23,695 bases of DNA from Wickerhamiella versatilis. Its lineage: Eukaryota. Shown piece after piece: positions 9,539 through 20,012 of the stretch; the first letter of the stretch is position 1, and each line of letters starts with the position of its first letter. Made by a program: the position numbers and the translations under genes. The stretch covers positions 62,001-85,695 of the forward strand of contig JAQOWU010000004.1 in NCBI GenBank assembly GCA_030867685.1. The letters run 5' to 3'. The notes under the pieces were generated by a model. The model did no database searches. It was given only the letters and a program-made list of their open reading frames with translations, and was not told the origin of the DNA.

Positions 9539-12253
9539 TTAGGGCGTACCAGCAGAGTAGAAGCTCGAACTTATGTTAAATCCTGAGGCAGAAACAATAG
9601 GTGTATTAGAAGAATACACACTGTACAACGGACTGCTTGAAACAGTTTTGCTGGAACGTGCCGAGCTCCCAGTTGAACTGTAGCGCGGTGCGGACATTGA
9701 TAACGTCGAGCTCAGCCCACATGTATCTTTACAAGGTACAATATCTGCATTAGGCCCACTACAAGAAGGTACCTCAATTTCCGTCAGCGGATTATAGTAT
9801 TCATCAAGGAAAAGATTACGGTACCTCTCATTGACCTCTTCGACCATCAATGTTGTGTTAAAAGGGCATTTTTCTGCATCAGTCGTAGCGCCAGTCAAGT
9901 CCATCAATGAGGTGAGTGATGATTGCAATAGCACATTCCAGTCGTTTATTGTGCTTGAATTAATCCATTGCAAGTCATATACACCATGGTCATAGGTATC
10001 GAAGGGTGCCCACCAGGCAAACAATACCATATCCATTCTTTCCCATAAATTATTCGCCTGGCAAGGTTTTACACAGCTGATTTGGGAGATGGCGTCAGTA
10101 AATTTGATCATCTCCCCCTCGCCTTCTGAGTAAAATTTCTGCGCTTCGGTTCCCAAGGGGAAGTTGCCGTTTGCAGCATCATATTTATCAGGATGAAGAC
10201 CACTCAGCGCACTATTCACAGCCGATGCCGCAGAGAGTGCTGCACTGTAAGCATTGCTAAAGGAATATGTCTTTGTGGGCGCGAATGTACCAGGAGCTGA
10301 TTGGGTGGGGGTTATCGAGGCTGTTGCAGTAGGATAAGCCGTGACATCCATTGTAGTTGTTGCATTGGGAGTAGCAGTACATCTGTCGGTACACTTACAA
10401 TCGTATCCTCCGCTGGCAAAGCAAGTCACAGTGGGTATGGTCGATGGCTTCACTTCTTCGCCACTCCAAATAGATCCATATACCTCATTGACACTTATAA
10501 TCGCTTCACTAATATCCACGGGGCATGCCTGTGGAACAGTCCTAGCATTTTGGAAGTTCATTAATGTTGATAATGGGTTTTCAAATAATGCTGTCCATTG
10601 ATCTACCGTAGAGACGTTAAGCCATTGGTCATCAAGTATGTCATGGCCGTACGCCTTAAGGGGGTCGTACCAATACTTCATTACGGTGTTCAACGACGCA
10701 AACAAGTTGAACGCCTGGCACGGTTGAATACAACCTATAGTTGTAACAGCCTCTGCAAAAGCCTTCATTTGGCTTTCACTCTCTGCATATATCTTTTTAG
10801 CATCCTCAGCACTAATGCGACTACTAGTATCATTAGCATGAAGGCTTGCAAGTTTGTTTCCCGCTTGCTGGGCCGCACGCAGCGCATTGTCGTAGACATC
10901 TGAGCCCGTAATTACCGGGGCGGTACAGGGAGAAGACGTTGTTGTTGGTTGATCCCATGGCCAATCAAAGCTGGTGGGAAGAGTGATTGGAGGCAAGGTA
11001 AACGGGAAAGGAAACCCACCTCCAGTGGCATCTTTGGTCGTCGTTGGCACGCTGTATCCACTAGGGGTCACTGCTTTAGGTATTGAGGACTCAATTGGCT
11101 CAACATTGGAATCACTGCTTTGCTTTACAGGAGCAATAGCATATTCATCGTTGTCCAGATCTACCGTCAAAGAAATCTGGCGCAGGATAGGATCTCCAAG
11201 AATATACATACTGGTGAAAAACTCATTTAGTCCCCGAGTCACTGAAAGTGTGTACACACCATCCTCAGCCTCGATAACCATATCTTTTGGTGGGACCTGA
11301 ATCGTAACCCCAGAGAAAGTCAGATTAAGCGGAGGCTTACCGGCCAAATCAGCATTCTGAGATACGTATGTTTGACTGACCTGTTCCCACTGAAAACCAT
11401 ATACTTCTGCAATGTTGTCAGCTGCGGTTTGGGGAAGCATTATCAATGAAGTGCCCGTATCCCAGATTCCCTCGAAATGCTCGCCATCGTCAGTTTCTGC
11501 ATCTACAGACAAATAATTGGCAGAGGATATACCCTCGTACGTTCTTGGAAGCTTGTAAAGGGGGCCATCATACTTTGCAGAATCAACCCCGCCGAAAATA
11601 ATGGTGGCCTCTGTAGAGTCTTCGTTTGATGTGAAGATTGTGAACGAGTTTGAGTCAATAGTACCTTGATCCTTAAGTCGCTGAACATACGGAGTATATG
11701 ACGGATCACGAGTCTCTGCTTTTTTCACAGAGCAACCGAATATTCCCATATTGTCCGGAAAGTACTGGGGACTGGACTGATTAGCAAAGGCAAAAGGATA
11801 GTTAGCGACTGATGCACCACCAACAGAGATGGTGTCACTGGCCCAGGATCCCGAGATTTGATTCGAGCCATCGCCATATGCAGCTTTGAAATTATTGTTA
11901 CTCCAGTGATAAGCTGATGACTTGGCTGCCTTCTCTGGGTCAAACGTGTGCTCACTGCCAGCAGCAGTAGAAAACCCCCAGGTGTCACTACTTCCCGTAT
12001 CGAAAATGCCAGTCAATTCTTGGTCGCCTACCTTATAATCAATAAGGTACTCAATACTAGTGAAGTTAAGGACAGATTCAGGGAGCCTGACATGAGCGGA
12101 CCCTGGATTATGAGTACGTCGTCTAGACGTACGAACCTTCTTTGCAGTGAGTTCAATGGACCCAGGTCCAGTTCCACTATTGGAACGCTTTTCAGGTGCA
12201 GCTAGTGCAGTGATGGCCGTGACGACCACCCCCAAAAGAACTGATCCTCGCAT
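9539..12253 (-). CDS. Secreted pepsin-like aspartic protease with a long C-terminal extension of two Cys-containing repeated domains and Ser/Thr-rich linkers
   Basis: Signal peptide from ATG 12253 (MRGSVLLGVVVTAITALA) and a KR processing site. Catalytic motifs FDTGSSDTW and WDTGTS, flap YGDGS, IIFGGVDSAKYDG and YILGDPILR. Confidence 0.9.
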   Translation of the reverse strand: MRGSVLLGVVVTAITALAAPEKRSNSGTGPGSIELTAKKVRTSRRRTHNPGSAHVRLPESVLNFTSIEYLIDYKVGDQELTGIFDTGSSDTWGFSTAAGSEHTFDPEKAAKSSAYHWSNNNFKAAYGDGSNQISGSWASDTISVGGASVANYPFAFANQSSPQYFPDNMGIFGCSVKKAETRDPSYTPYVQRLKDQGTIDSNSFTIFTSNEDSTEATIIFGGVDSAKYDGPLYKLPRTYEGISSANYLSVDAETDDGEHFEGIWDTGTSLIMLPQTAADNIAEVYGFQWEQVSQTYVSQNADLAGKPPLNLTFSGVTIQVPPKDMVIEAEDGVYTLSVTRGLNEFFTSMYILGDPILRQISLTVDLDNDEYAIAPVKQSSDSNVEPIESSIPKAVTPSGYSVPTTTKDATGGGFPFPFTLPPITLPTSFDWPWDQPTTTSSPCTAPVITGSDVYDNALRAAQQAGNKLASLHANDTSSRISAEDAKKIYAESESQMKAFAEAVTTIGCIQPCQAFNLFASLNTVMKYWYDPLKAYGHDILDDQWLNVSTVDQWTALFENPLSTLMNFQNARTVPQACPVDISEAIISVNEVYGSIWSGEEVKPSTIPTVTCFASGGYDCKCTDRCTATPNATTTMDVTAYPTATASITPTQSAPGTFAPTKTYSFSNAYSAALSAASAVNSALSGLHPDKYDAANGNFPLGTEAQKFYSEGEGEMIKFTDAISQISCVKPCQANNLWERMDMVLFAWWAPFDTYDHGVYDLQWINSSTINDWNVLLQSSLTSLMDLTGATTDAEKCPFNTTLMVEEVNERYRNLFLDEYYNPLTEIEVPSCSGPNADIVPCKDTCGLSSTLSMSAPRYSSTGSSARSSKTVSSSPLYSVYSSNTPIVSASGFNISSSFYSAGTP

Positions 12254-12816
12254 ACTGGACAAGCTAAGGCTCTATAGTGCTGGCATCGCCATTCGAATAT
12301 ATATAAGCGAGTGACAAGCTACGTCGATCATTGTCGGGTCAAGGGTATAATTAAATTAATATTGCAATTGCCGATACGGTCAGTGATCTGCATCGGTATT
12401 CCGACAATCTGGTGTAATCGAGAACAAGAGAAATCTCATTGACCCAACTGTGTACAGCTTTTCCCCCCAATCCTTTGCAGCCTACGTTCTTCTTCACACA
12501 AAATCCCCTGTCTTTTCCCTAAGAAAGTGACGATCTCGATCTACATTGACTTACTAATTGTCAAATAGTGGCCCAGCCCTCTGTGGGATGGAAGCCACAC
12601 ATAAGATATGATATAATTAACAACCGGTGGCCGCATATCAAGTTTTATACGTATCACACAAGAACTATTCTACGGTTGCATCTCCATAATCGGATATGCA
12701 GGATGCGTTACGGGTAGGATGCTGTATTGCTTATCAGCTCCTAGAGTTAAACCTAACCCATGTTGATCATAATGAGTACAGAGACTTTCGGCACATGCAC
12801 TAGGATTCAAAGCCAA

Positions 12817-12855
12817 ACTGGTTGGGCAACGCATGATAGCACACTTCACTACCTG
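12817..12855 (+). repeat. Decayed interstitial copy of the 41-bp unit
   Basis: ACTGGTTGGGCAACGCATGATAGCACACTTCACTACCTG, 35/39 ungapped. Confidence 0.9.
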
Positions 12856-12949
12856 CCACTGATTAGGTACATGATAGTCCTTAAATAATAACAATGATCC
12901 TGCATTCCTGTTGACCAGACCTTGGGTTTCTAATAAAGTTGGAAGGAAT

Positions 12950-13540
12950 TTAGCTATATGTATACATACCGGGGTTATGTGCTAAAAACCTCTGTTGATG
13001 ATAAACAAAAGCTGTTGAAAAATCTCTCCCAAAATCTGTGATACTTCGTGCTGGCTTTCCCACCACATCTTTGAAGTCATCGGTAACTAGGTTACCCCAG
13101 TTCGTGCTGTACGCCATAAAGTAACCACAAAGCAAGTTCACACTCCATTCGTCTATTCCAAAGCTTACCATCGTCTTCCAACTATCATCTATGGTTGCAG
13201 GTTAATTAGCAACCTTCTTGTGGATAGAATTGCCAATTGTCTCAGTAATCTGATTCATAGATAACGACTCCAGCCCTATTATAGTGTAAATCTTCCCTTC
13301 ATGCCCTTCTGGGTTTGCCAATATACACGCGGCAAATTCGGCTATGTCGCGAGAGTCAATGAGTCCCATTCGACTATCAGCTAATGGACAATTGAGTGCA
13401 CCCGTCTCAACTATTAACTGAGCAGATCCTAATAAGCTTTGCATGAAAAAATGTGGCTTGATTATCGTATATGGAATTTCTGAAGTGATCAGTTCGGCAT
13501 TTGACAAGCCATGCAGTCTGCTATTTCCGTAATCAAACAT
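12950..13540 (-). pseudogene. NmrA-like / atypical SDR NAD(P)-binding protein remnant, bacterial-like
   Basis: ORFs 13202..13540 and 12950..13171 are in the same frame, separated by one TAA at 13202-13204 (KKVAN*PATIDDSWKTM). Motifs: YTIIKPHFFMQSL, IDSRDIAEFAACILANPEGHEGKIYTIIG and VTDDFKDVVGKPARSITDFGRD. The N-terminal Rossmann glycine motif is absent. Confidence 0.8.
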
Positions 13541-14177
13541 AAATATAATCTCTCGTTCTTCCCGTAGCTGTTAACTCGTAAACCTGCTGTAATCACAGTA
13601 CATGCTTGTTGTGCTTGTGCTTGTTTATACGAATCGGTAGATTCGTTAGTTCCAATCTATTTTCCAGGCCATAGCTACAGTCTCATGGATCGATAAGTGA
13701 TTGCCTTTTGTTATCTCACTTATTTTCTGAAGGACACAAAAAAAAGAATACTTATGTATCTGTGCAGCATGTTACTAAGTAATTACTCACAAAGTACACC
13801 TGCGATTATGCTAACGGATTACGTCGCGTGACTTTACAATTAATACTATTCTTGGTATTTCTGGATGGATCGTCGAATAACTAGTAGAAATTGACATCGG
13901 AATCGTTTGCTTCTGTATTCTATACGTATAGCGGAGCGCGGCGGCACTGGAGCCAGTGGTGGAGGCAGGAGGTTTTGACATTTCTGCCTGCGTCCTGACC
14001 GAACATGGGTTAGCACGAAATACATGTGAAGTATTTCACTAAATGTCCAGGGACAAATAGAAGTATTGAACTATTAACGTGAATATTATTGATTAAGCGG
14101 CAATTAAGGACCTTCCCATGGTCATGGGTGACTTAGGCTCTTATTTGAAGCGATATTACGTTGACCAGAGAAGAGCT

Positions 14178-15290
14178 CTAAACGTCTTCACCAACCCTCT
14201 TATTCAAATATTTATCAATTGCTCCTTGATCGTTGGGATTATGAAGATGAGTCGGGAATTTGGTTTCCACTATAAAGTCTGCCAAAAAAACAAGGTCCTC
14301 TCCAAGAGGAATATATTTCGATGACTTGAAAGCTGAAAGTGCTTTTATCTGTATCTCGGCATTAGTTTCATTTCCAGCCATGATTAACTTGCCATAGTGC
14401 GGCAGAGTATCCGCTTTAGGCCCCCCGATCACATCGAGCGGATTATTTGGAACGTCCGAAGAGTAGCTTCCCCACACATCTCCATAGTTGACAAAACTGA
14501 TAAAGTTGGTCGCTTTTCCTGTAGCGCTGGAATTTTGCGGGAATCCGGCGCCCTCAAAAGCCACACCACCAAATCCAAACTGCCGGCCAACATACTCAGC
14601 CTCACCTGCCCCCGTCGAGTGCCCAGTGACGTAAATATCTGACACAGACCTTTTCTCGCCTTTTGCTACTACGTAAACAAGACGGCAGAATGCAGCAGCA
14701 TTCTTTTGTCCTTCATTTACCGTGCCACTTACGCTTCCTTCATCTTGAACAAGGCTTCCTAGGTCGGTAGGAAGGTTCTCTATTTGAAAGCCAGAGAATG
14801 CGATGATAATTTTGTCAGTTTCACTTACAAAAACGCGTGCATTCATACCGGTAGCAGTGTCGTACGCGCTGAGCTGCTTGTTAGAACCGGGCACATTATA
14901 TGGTTTCAAGCTCGAATTAGAGGGAACCGACGGCACGGAGTAAAAAGTGGACTTCTCGACAGCTAGTGATGCCTGCATCAATTGGTCAATGGTTGGTGCA
15001 TTAGCGTCGTTATTTTGTTCACTGGCGTCAACTGCTGGTACTGGGGCATTATTGGCATTGAGAAGATCGTAGAAAGCAGGAGCAGCGGCTTGAGAGCCCC
15101 CTTTAGGCGCCCATATCTCGCTTAATACAATATTTGCGGGTGAATACTCGTAGAGAGCCTGTAATACTTCCTGTAGCATATACACACCACGCAGTTGGCT
15201 GGCAATACTCCCGTCACCATCACGCCTTTCAAGTACAGGGGCAGAGTTCACAGCCAATAGCAGGCTGAAAAACACTGATATGCTGACCAT
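14178..15290 (-). CDS. Secreted lipase-like alpha/beta hydrolase (lipase class 3 / Mbeg1-like)
   Basis: Signal peptide from ATG 15290 (MVSISVFFSLLLAVNSAP) and a dibasic ERR site. Motifs: KIIIAFSG, nucleophile elbow IYVTGHSTG, GVAFEGAG, FVNYGDVW and a C-terminal His (THLH). Confidence 0.8.
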   Translation of the reverse strand: MVSISVFFSLLLAVNSAPVLERRDGDGSIASQLRGVYMLQEVLQALYEYSPANIVLSEIWAPKGGSQAAAPAFYDLLNANNAPVPAVDASEQNNDANAPTIDQLMQASLAVEKSTFYSVPSVPSNSSLKPYNVPGSNKQLSAYDTATGMNARVFVSETDKIIIAFSGFQIENLPTDLGSLVQDEGSVSGTVNEGQKNAAAFCRLVYVVAKGEKRSVSDIYVTGHSTGAGEAEYVGRQFGFGGVAFEGAGFPQNSSATGKATNFISFVNYGDVWGSYSSDVPNNPLDVIGGPKADTLPHYGKLIMAGNETNAEIQIKALSAFKSSKYIPLGEDLVFLADFIVETKFPTHLHNPNDQGAIDKYLNKRVGEDV

Positions 15291-16082
15291 TGTCGATAAA
15301 CAAGAAATTTCGATCACATGCTGTGCGTTCACTTTATATGCATGGATATGACCTACCCCCCGACAATACGCATCTCATCCCTTAACCAGAGATTACGCAT
15401 CGTGCTAAAACCAAGTTTAGAAGCATGAAGTCTTAATACATCAGAGGCGGCTAGCTAGTAGATATATTTCAGGCATTACGTTGCTCCTTTGACCCAATGG
15501 ATCTTAATATCTTTTATCTTTGGGCGAAGGAAAACGTGGTTTTACCACGCTATGATCCAAAGTAAGGGTTAAAGAGTGAGTTCTGGCTAATTGCTTCTCG
15601 GTATTCAATGGTTTTTATCTTGACTTTCAAATTCTCTTTATGTGAGCCCCCCCGGTCATAGCCCTAAGCCTAAAATATATACACGCATAATTTTTCAAAC
15701 GTGATGTTGTTTTAAAACCTCTTATAAGTATGCTTACACTAAAAAAAGTAATAACCGTTTAAAATTCCACGCACTCCTATCCTAAAAAGTCTGCTCAGCA
15801 AATGCTAGCTCTCAAATCTTATCGTAGTAATGACGATCTACACATGGTACGTACATATCGTGCTACAAGAGATATATCAGAATGATTAGTTATGGGCTCA
15901 ATTATGTCTAAAAAACTGTGAAAACATAGCGCACCTGTGTACACACTCACTATCTGTTTGAGATACCTAGCATCGTCAACCCAGAGGAATATCCAGGCCC
16001 CCCTGCAACTATATTTATGATATGAGATATGGGTTAGTTACAATAATTCAATAAATTAGCTTTGTTTATTTAATGTGTAGAT

Positions 16083-17170
16083 TTGGATGTCACCTTTTCA
16101 ACATTTTTGATTACAGCCTCAGCGATCATTAATAGGAAGTACCCAATGAGTAATATTAGACTTATCCAGGATGCGCTGTTTTCAATAGCCTATCAATACA
16201 ATGAAATAGAAGACGGCCAAAACGACTCGGACTCCAAATGGAAGATAAATAAGGCATTCTTTAGTTGCAGACAATCGAGAATCCTGAAATATTTGATCCC
16301 TCAAATAAACAGCTATTGCCAAGTTGGTAACGCAAAATATGGCTATTACAATGGCGAATGCGAACATAACTTTCGGCCCCGAATCCTCCCTTTTAAGGGC
16401 AAAAGTCGTTACAAAAACAACATAACAACATGCTATTATATTTGCTACGTCGAAGAGTATTTCGACTCTCAATATTGACAAGAGACGACGCCCTCATATT
16501 GCAATCGAAAAGGACGTGTAACCCCCTTATAAATAGCACACTCATCCTAGGATAAAACGTGATGTATATGTCATGTATGCGTAATGCCAAAAACATTAGC
16601 ATTGCCCAACCACGGATGCGAGTTTCAGTCATAGACTCCATCATTTGCCTGCTGTTTTCCTGTGATATTCCTAAATTTTTCGCTGTTGAGGTCTCGAATG
16701 GACAAAGCGTAGTTTGTGGTGGTGCAAGCCATAACAATGGGTCGCTTGGTTACGGGTCTGGAACTATTAATATACTGCAGTCTGATATATTCGAGTATTC
16801 GAATGGATCATTAATCGATATTTCCCATGATGGTCCAGCTAACTATGTTGTAGCAGGGCCATATGTGAGAAGTTACTATAAGAATGATAGTGGTGGATTG
16901 TACTATGTGGATCGTGGGAGCGAGCTTATACTCAGAGAATTGTTTAAGTTTTTATATTTTTCAGAGTGGAATGTGAAAAGAAATAGGCAGCTTACACACA
17001 ATGGAAACTCTGTGTTCTACGTGGATAGTGCGTCATGTGAAGTGCTGACAGATCCACCAGAAGAGTTTGGGAAAACAGGCCAAACCGTTAGTTTTTCTGT
17101 GAAGCCTATTGATCCTCTGTACCACCAAATATTGGTAGCAAGCCATTCACGACGGCCTAAGACTCCATGA
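16083..17170 (+). other. Two consecutive unassigned ORFs (131 and 203 codons), possibly one decayed orphan gene
   Basis: Same-strand ORFs in different frames in AT-rich DNA. No motif recognised. Confidence 0.25.
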
Positions 17171-17201
17171 ATCTCTTCAAACAATGAGAAGGCATACATA
17201 T

Positions 17202-17217
17202 GACATTGCAAGATAGC
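17202..17217 (+). repeat. Short interstitial fragment of the 41-bp unit
   Basis: GACATTGCAAGATAGC, 15/16 match. Confidence 0.55.
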
Positions 17218-17307
17218 TGATAGTTAATAGCTGACTGAATAGTAAATTGAAGCTCCATGTTAAATATTGTCACCAAATTGGATATTCAGCTGTAAAGCAA
17301 TCATGGC

Positions 17308-17535
17308 TTATAGTTCAGTGTGCAAGCGGGCGTCCAGGCGCTTATGGTGTCCAGGTAACAGTACCCACAGTATGAACCCCATTACACAAGCCAGAGAGGA
17401 AATACCAATACAGAAATACATTGTCCCCCGCCATGCCCTTAATTCTGGATCTGGATGGTTTTGCTGTTGAGCCAGCTGATGAGTGACAGTGCCGGCAATC
17501 CCCAAAAAAATGGAAATACCATAATGGGATAATAG
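17308..17535 (-). pseudogene. C-terminal remnant of an ATR1-like (DHA2) MFS transporter
   Basis: In-frame HYGISIFLGIAGTVTHQL...LRAWRGTMYFCIGISSLACVMGFILW resembles the last two TM segments of ATR1-family proteins (NYSISxGLGxAGTV...GYRGAxYxGIG). No upstream part of the gene is visible. Confidence 0.6.
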
Positions 17536-17715
17536 GTTTCGCTCTAGTACTTTCGACTATATTGTGCGCATATCACTTTTTTCATCACCTTCGCCAAGAT
17601 AATACAGACGTGGAAATTGGGTTTGAAAATCAAGATATCGAGGACAGATTATCTCATATTACTCACGAGAATCCGACTTAAGCCATATTGAATTCATATT
17701 TAGAAATAAGCTGTT

Positions 17716-17750
17716 CCTGAGACTGTGTGGACAATGCAAGATAGCCCACT
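17716..17750 (+). repeat. Interstitial partial copy of the 41-bp unit
   Basis: CCTGAGACTGTGTGGACAATGCAAGATAGCCCACT, 33/35 match. Confidence 0.93.
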
Positions 17751-18717
17751 CTTCTGACCTTATGATGATGAGAACTAGTAACGCTTAGGTCCAGGAAGAT
17801 GATTCAACATCTCGCTATGACAGTTATTTATAAGAATAGCATTATCGATGGCGTCGTAAATTCAGCGTACATGCGGATGCTATTGCCGTCATATTGCGGG
17901 GTTTGAAGATTTCGTTGGCAATTCGAGATTGACGCGTACAAAAAGCTCTGTGTTCAATTTTTTTTTCACATAATATCAATAAATCTATGCTTCGCTAGCG
18001 TTCCTTGGTCTTTCAGATTTCGACAGATGTCCACCAGCGATTACACAGGCACGAGACTACTTTAATCATTCTTTCGAAACTGATTTGCTGAAGACTTAGA
18101 ACATAGTTGACAAGAATCATAGTAAGAGGATTCGCATTTGTAGGTTGCCTTAGATAATGGTAGTGGACCGGAAGTGAGCCGAAGATCTTCGGTTATACCT
18201 GCTACCTTAGGGATTAGATAATATTTTATATTCCTAAAGCTATATGAGAATTATTGATTGTATCCATCTCAAACTCGTCGTCCTGCTCATCTTGAGGTAG
18301 CTGCTTAGATGTTGCATAAGTTTTATCTTGAGAAGTTGGTTGCAACAGGTATGCTACCGATATGAAAAAGAAAATATATACGGTATTCTATCTTCTATGT
18401 CTCTGCACTATTATTATTTTGATCATGGTTGAATTTTCTGGTGATAGAAACAGCCCCGTTGAGATATGTACTAGTGGAACGACATGCTCTATTATCTTAG
18501 TACAAAATACTATATATCCTAATTTGGCAATATAAGAATGAAGCATTCAACTAGTATACCTAGGTGCGTGTTGTCATAGTTATATGGATCTTTCCCGTAT
18601 ATAATGATGGTATTAAGGGAAATGAATGAATGTTGATAGGGGCTTGATCCATGGCTTATTTAGTGGATTTGTGGTCGAAGCTCTTAATGAGCTACGTACA
18701 CTTGTGTACAAAATGTT

Positions 18718-19701
18718 TTAGATTACAGGAACATAGTGAGCCAACCAGGAATCCATTACAGATGTTGCTGCATATGTCACATCTCCAAGTCGTAGGAGCA
18801 TTTCTACATGTCCTTCAAATCCCAAACCCTCAAATACGTGAAAGGATACATCAGTTCCTGCAGCGGTCAGAGTCGCAGCTAACTCGATGGCCTGGCGTAT
18901 ATCGCCTTGTCTCTGTACATGAAGGAGTAAAAAAGCACGCGCATTGGGTACATGTGCATGGTAAGTAGGTGACATGGCACGGAGTCTTGTTGGCACAGTG
19001 CCTAGCGCCTGAATCATATTGTCTGCTACAGGCCCTGGGCTATCTAAAATCTCTGCCGGTGCATTGTAATTGGATCCATCCAGAGATATTACTCCTACTA
19101 TTTTGTTGATGGGCAATCCTGACCGTTCCAGATAGCTCGTGTCAGTGCCAAGCAAAGTGGCAACATGCGCCCCTGAGCTGTGTCCCATCAGCACAATTCG
19201 TTCAGGATCAAGGTGAAACTCAGTCGCATTCTGTACTAGAAATGCCACAGATTCTGCTACCTCCTGCACCTGCTCCTCGACCGAAACTAAAGGAAATAGC
19301 GTGTAGTTGATGGTGGCAAATGCATAGCCCTCAGCAGTCAAATGGCCCACTTTGGCTGAGCCAGTGCTGTCCAAGTATGTACCAGATTTCCAACTACCAC
19401 CATGGATAAATACGATAATAGGGGCTGAGGATGATGCTGTGCTCTCCCATAAGCGAAGGCGTTGACTGTCGCGCTTTCCATATTTCAGATCCTTACCACC
19501 AGTAGGCTGGTCTAAATTCATCTGGGACATGAGATCCTGCACCCTATCTATCGAAATGTCATCCTCCGCAATTCCCTGATACAACTTCAACTCTCCCGTA
19601 ATCTCTTTTCTTTGAGGTCGTCTCGAATCGGTACTTATGGTGCTATCATTAGACACCGGCTGTGTGGATATTGAACTAGTTATTGTAGGAGAATCGCACA
19701 T
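18718..19701 (-). CDS. Alpha/beta hydrolase, carboxylesterase/arylformamidase-like (HSL-like family)
   Basis: IIVFIHGGSW oxyanion motif, GYAFATINY and nucleophile IVLMGHSSGAH, plus a C-terminal GH. Start at ATG 19701 (MCDS) or ATG 19806. Confidence 0.85.
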   Translation of the reverse strand: MCDSPTITSSISTQPVSNDSTISTDSRRPQRKEITGELKLYQGIAEDDISIDRVQDLMSQMNLDQPTGGKDLKYGKRDSQRLRLWESTASSSAPIIVFIHGGSWKSGTYLDSTGSAKVGHLTAEGYAFATINYTLFPLVSVEEQVQEVAESVAFLVQNATEFHLDPERIVLMGHSSGAHVATLLGTDTSYLERSGLPINKIVGVISLDGSNYNAPAEILDSPGPVADNMIQALGTVPTRLRAMSPTYHAHVPNARAFLLLHVQRQGDIRQAIELAATLTAAGTDVSFHVFEGLGFEGHVEMLLRLGDVTYAATSVMDSWLAHYVPVI

Positions 19702-19966
19702 GCTGAAAAATGCTACCGCACCACTTGAAAAGTAATTTGCATTATACTCCGAAGGATGTAGACCTTTTAGTAATACTGATTGCTGCCTCCTAACCACTAA
19801 CGTCATCAATGCATAACACTCCTAGTAAAAGGAAGGGGAGTTTGTGTTAATTAAGAGATATTAATAATTAAGAAATATTTGTAGAGATTATCAGCTGGTT
19901 TCGATATTTTGCTATGATCTTCTATAGCTGAGCCATTGATGCAGAGGATAGGACCTGTGCTGAAAT

Positions 19967-20012
19967 CCACTTCACTACCTGAGACTGGTTGGACAATGCA
20001 AGATACCCCACT
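19967..20012 (+). repeat. One full unit plus 5 nt of the 41-bp repeat (CCACT...CCACT)
   Basis: 45/46 match (G>C at 20006), terminally redundant CCACT, preceded by GCTGAAAT. Confidence 0.96.

Noticed and set aside
18179-18192. 14-bp palindrome CCGAAGATCTTCGG (possible Zn2Cys6 site)
   Set aside because: Single occurrence and not in an evident promoter
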